This document shows positions 25,838 through 28,343 of a stretch of DNA of 28,343 nt, piece after piece. A program made the position numbers and the translations under genes. How positions within the stretch are numbered: position 1 is the first letter of the stretch; every line of letters begins with the position of its first letter. The DNA lies in contig CAZJVL010000001.1 in assembly GCA_964549875.1 (NCBI GenBank), forward strand, positions 1 through 28,343. Direction: 5' to 3'. The notes under the pieces were generated by a model, which worked only from the letters and a program-made list of their open reading frames with translations, searched no databases and was not told where the DNA came from. Source of the DNA: an uncultured Candidatus Saccharibacteria bacterium (GTDB lineage: Bacteria > Patescibacteriota > Minisyncoccia > UBA6257).

Positions 25838-27262
25838 ATGACGCTCTCTTTCTCTAGAGTTTTCCGTCAATGTGGGGCGTCTTTTTTAATAGGCATAATT
25901 TTGTCCCGTTATTTTTCTTTTTCTTTTTGGCTGGTCTTAATTATCAGTTTACTTGTTTATCTCTTATTTTTGAGACCGCGATTGTCTTCTTGTTCGCGAA
26001 AACAGCGATACGCTATTTTGCTTTTGATATGGCTAAGTTTTTTGTTAGGGCAATATCGTTATTTCTCTTTTAGGGACAAATTAAATCAGTCAGCTATTAA
26101 AGAGGAAAAACAAATTGAGATTGAAGCTCCTATTATAGCTGAGCCGATTTTAAAAACCAATTATCAAAGGATTCTTATTCCTCATATCGTTATTAATACC
26201 GAAAGATTTCCGGTTTATCAATATGGAGATATCTTAAAAATTAAAGGTAAAATTCAACCTTTACAGGAGTTTCGCTCTTATAGTTCCATTTTAGTTTCTG
26301 CTAAAATGAGTTACCCGAAGATAGAATTAGTCGCTTCAGGCAGGTTTTCTTTTAAAAAAATTGCGCTTTCTTTTAAAAACAAAATAATCCATTTACTTCA
26401 GAAAGTTATTCCTGAACCTCAGGTAAGCCTTTTGGCAAGTATTATGTTTGGCGGTAAGCATAATTTAACGGTTTCTTTGGAAGAAGAAATTCAAAAATCA
26501 GGCGTTTCTCATATCATTGTTGCTTCGGGGTTGCATTTATCTATTATTACTCAAATGCTTTTCGCTCTTTTGGGTGTTTTTTGCTTGGGAAATCTTTTAA
26601 ATTTTATCCTTTCGGGATTGTTTATATTAGGATTTTCTTTTATGGCTGGTTTAACCCCATCTATTATTCGGGCGGCAATAATGGCTTTTTTACTGGTTTT
26701 GTCCCGTTTTAATTTCCGTCTTTATAATTCTTTTAATGCTTTGCTTTTGGCAGGATTAATTATGGTTTGGTTTAATCCTTTTCTGCTTTTTCTGGATTTA
26801 GGCTTTCAACTTTCCTTTTTAGCCACAGCCGGCATATTATTGTTTTATCCTTTGTGGAATCGCGCTCCTTTTTGGCAGCAAGATTTTTTTCATAATTGGG
26901 CAGCGCAGATTTTTAAACAAACGACGCTTTGTTGCTTTTCAGCGATGGCTTTAGTTGTTCCTTGGCTTACCTTCAAAACTCAAAATGTTTCTTTGATTGC
27001 TCCTTTAACTAATGTTTTAGTTATTCCTTTTGTTTCTTTAATAATGGTCGGGGGATTTATAACTGCCCTTTTTTCATTTTTAATTTATCCTTTGGGATTA
27101 TTTTTCGGATTTTGGCTTAACTTTATGATGACTTATCTTCTCAAAATAATCTCTTATTGTGCCGCCTTGCCTGGGGCAGAGATTTATATTCCTTCTCTTT
27201 TGCGTTGGTTGATTGTCCCTTATTATATTTTTTTGTTTTTCTACATCCGTAAAAGAACTTGA
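25838..27262 (+). CDS. comEC: ComEC/Rec2 competence membrane channel (no fused beta-lactamase domain)
   Basis: SGVSHIIVASGLH, TPSIIRAAIM, LGFQLSFLATAGI, APLTNVLVIP; many TM segments. Confidence 0.9.
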   Translation: MTLSFSRVFRQCGASFLIGIILSRYFSFSFWLVLIISLLVYLLFLRPRLSSCSRKQRYAILLLIWLSFLLGQYRYFSFRDKLNQSAIKEEKQIEIEAPIIAEPILKTNYQRILIPHIVINTERFPVYQYGDILKIKGKIQPLQEFRSYSSILVSAKMSYPKIELVASGRFSFKKIALSFKNKIIHLLQKVIPEPQVSLLASIMFGGKHNLTVSLEEEIQKSGVSHIIVASGLHLSIITQMLFALLGVFCLGNLLNFILSGLFILGFSFMAGLTPSIIRAAIMAFLLVLSRFNFRLYNSFNALLLAGLIMVWFNPFLLFLDLGFQLSFLATAGILLFYPLWNRAPFWQQDFFHNWAAQIFKQTTLCCFSAMALVVPWLTFKTQNVSLIAPLTNVLVIPFVSLIMVGGFITALFSFLIYPLGLFFGFWLNFMMTYLLKIISYCAALPGAEIYIPSLLRWLIVPYYIFLFFYIRKRT

Positions 27263-27333
27263 AATATGGAACTTGAAACTTTCAATTTTTTAAACAATTC
27301 GTATAATTTGCATAATAAGATTGCAACAACTCT

Positions 27334-28155
27334 ATGAACAAACTTCGCAAATATCTTTTAATAATTCTTATCTGTGTCAATTTTTTCACTTTTTGGATTA
27401 TTTTTGATTATCTCTTTTTGGAAAAAGGAGAGGTAAGTTTTCTTGATGTTGGCCAAGGAGACGCTGAGCTAATTCAAACGCGGTCAGGAAATATCTTAAT
27501 AGATGCGGGCCCTGATATAAGCGTTATCTCTGCTTTGGATGCGTCTCTTCCTTTTTTTGACCGCACTATTGACTTATTTATTCTTTCCCATCCTAACAAA
27601 GACCATTTTAATGGTTTGTTTGAGGTGCTTAGAAGATTTAATGTCCGAGCAGTAATGCTTAATAACTTATCTTATCCTGATTCTTTGTATCAAAAATTGC
27701 TTCAAGAATTAGCAAAGAAAGATATTTTAGTTATTCAGGGGATAAAGGGGACGAAAGCTATTTTGGAAAATGACAATCTTTTTGTGCTTTATCCCAAGGC
27801 GATGGTTTCTTCAGCTGAAGATCCTAATAAATTTAGTTCGGTAGTTTCTTTAGATCTTGGGGGAAATTATTTTCTTTTTCTTGGTGATATCAGCGCTGTT
27901 CAAGAAAAAGAAATTTTGCCCTTATTGTCGGAAAATAACAAATTAAGGATTTTAAAAGTGGCTCATCATGGTTCCTCTTATTCTTCTTCTTGGCAGTTTC
28001 TTGAAGCATTTAAACCCCATTTTGCAGTGATTGAGGTTGGCAATAATAGTTATGGCCATCCTCATGCCGATACTCTAAACCGTTTGACGCAGATAGGAGC
28101 TAAAATTTTGCGCACCGATTTAGAAGGAACAATCCGATTTAAGGAAAAAAAATAA
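27334..28155 (+). CDS. ComEC-type metallo-beta-lactamase-fold nuclease, stand-alone with its own N-terminal TM
   Basis: FLDVGQGDA, LIDAG, LSHPNKDH, FLGDI, LKVAHHGS, VGNNSYGHP, RTDLEG. Confidence 0.9.
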   Translation: MNKLRKYLLIILICVNFFTFWIIFDYLFLEKGEVSFLDVGQGDAELIQTRSGNILIDAGPDISVISALDASLPFFDRTIDLFILSHPNKDHFNGLFEVLRRFNVRAVMLNNLSYPDSLYQKLLQELAKKDILVIQGIKGTKAILENDNLFVLYPKAMVSSAEDPNKFSSVVSLDLGGNYFLFLGDISAVQEKEILPLLSENNKLRILKVAHHGSSYSSSWQFLEAFKPHFAVIEVGNNSYGHPHADTLNRLTQIGAKILRTDLEGTIRFKEKK

Positions 28156-28174
28156 TTTTCATCTAATCGGCAAT

Positions 28175-28203
28175 TTGCTTTAATTAGTTTTTTATCATAC
28201 AAT
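28175..28203 (+). promoter_or_regulatory. Sigma70-type promoter TTGCTT-N17-TACAAT
   Basis: -35 at 28175-28180, 17-nt spacer, -10 at 28198-28203; same -35 hexamer as the lepB candidate. Confidence 0.55.
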
Positions 28204-28210
28204 ATCATTA

Positions 28211-28293
28211 CTTAAACCTTTAAACCCTTAAACCTTTATTTAAACTTTTAAACTTTTATACTTTTAAACCTTTATTTATTTAAACCTTTAAAC
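28211..28293. repeat. Octamer array (consensus [C/T/A]TTTAAAC) with 4-nt CTTT/ATTT interruptions
   Basis: About nine units read directly between the promoter and the ATG at 28306. Confidence 0.9.
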
Positions 28294-28305
28294 TTTTTTA
28301 TTACT

Positions 28306-28343
28306 ATGCGCCTCTGGATAAAAGACACTCCGCAATATCTTCA
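28306..28343 (+). CDS. Possible 5' end of a gene truncated by the window edge (MRLWIKDTPQYL...)
   Basis: ATG after an AT-rich leader and predicted promoter; open to the window end; too short to assign. Confidence 0.4.
   Translation, partial: MRLWIKDTPQYL

Noticed and set aside
5529-26073. Short alternative-frame and antisense ORFs in the track (e.g. 5529-5786, 7482-7703, 10810-11064, 13610-13867, 19443-19751, 21066-21368)
   Set aside because: They lie within well-supported genes, show no recognisable motifs, and their composition mirrors the sense-strand codons.
27260-27262. UGA recoding (genetic code 25) fusing the comEC halves
   Set aside because: All conserved proteins are intact under code 11, TGA ends LCP and comEC at sensible places, and the two comEC halves are in different frames.

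Overview
This is an AT-rich bacterial core-genome window. It is most likely Patescibacteria/CPR (Parcubacteria-like); that is an inference from gene order, split ComEC, a divergent bS21 and AT-rich starts without Shine-Dalgarno motifs. Genes in order: trmD, a mini TsaB-like ORF, rpoB, rpoC, uppS, htrA/degP, clpB, an orphan membrane protein, pth (-), an LCP-family gene (-), lepB, hisS, rpsU, ybeY, ftsA, ftsZ, class III RNR nrdD carrying two LAGLIDADG-type inteins, nrdG, split comEC, and the start of one more ORF. The proteins are mostly housekeeping; the unusual part is the non-coding DNA. Five of the six long spacers are mosaics of recurring 7-8 nt tandem arrays, several with a 4-nt phase slip, and the sixth holds a 190-bp palindromic element. 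Two GC-rich REP-like palindromes sit among the arrays. These modules form three nested inverted repeats around htrA and recur in inverted form 11.6 kb away after ftsZ. One junction appears both with and without a REP insert. A 51-bp tandem duplication at the ftsA-ftsZ junction creates an in-frame minigene, and FtsZ carries a repeat-expanded basic N-terminal extension. No CRISPR array, tRNA, rRNA or transposase was seen. All coordinates were counted by hand and all family calls come from motif recognition, not database searches.
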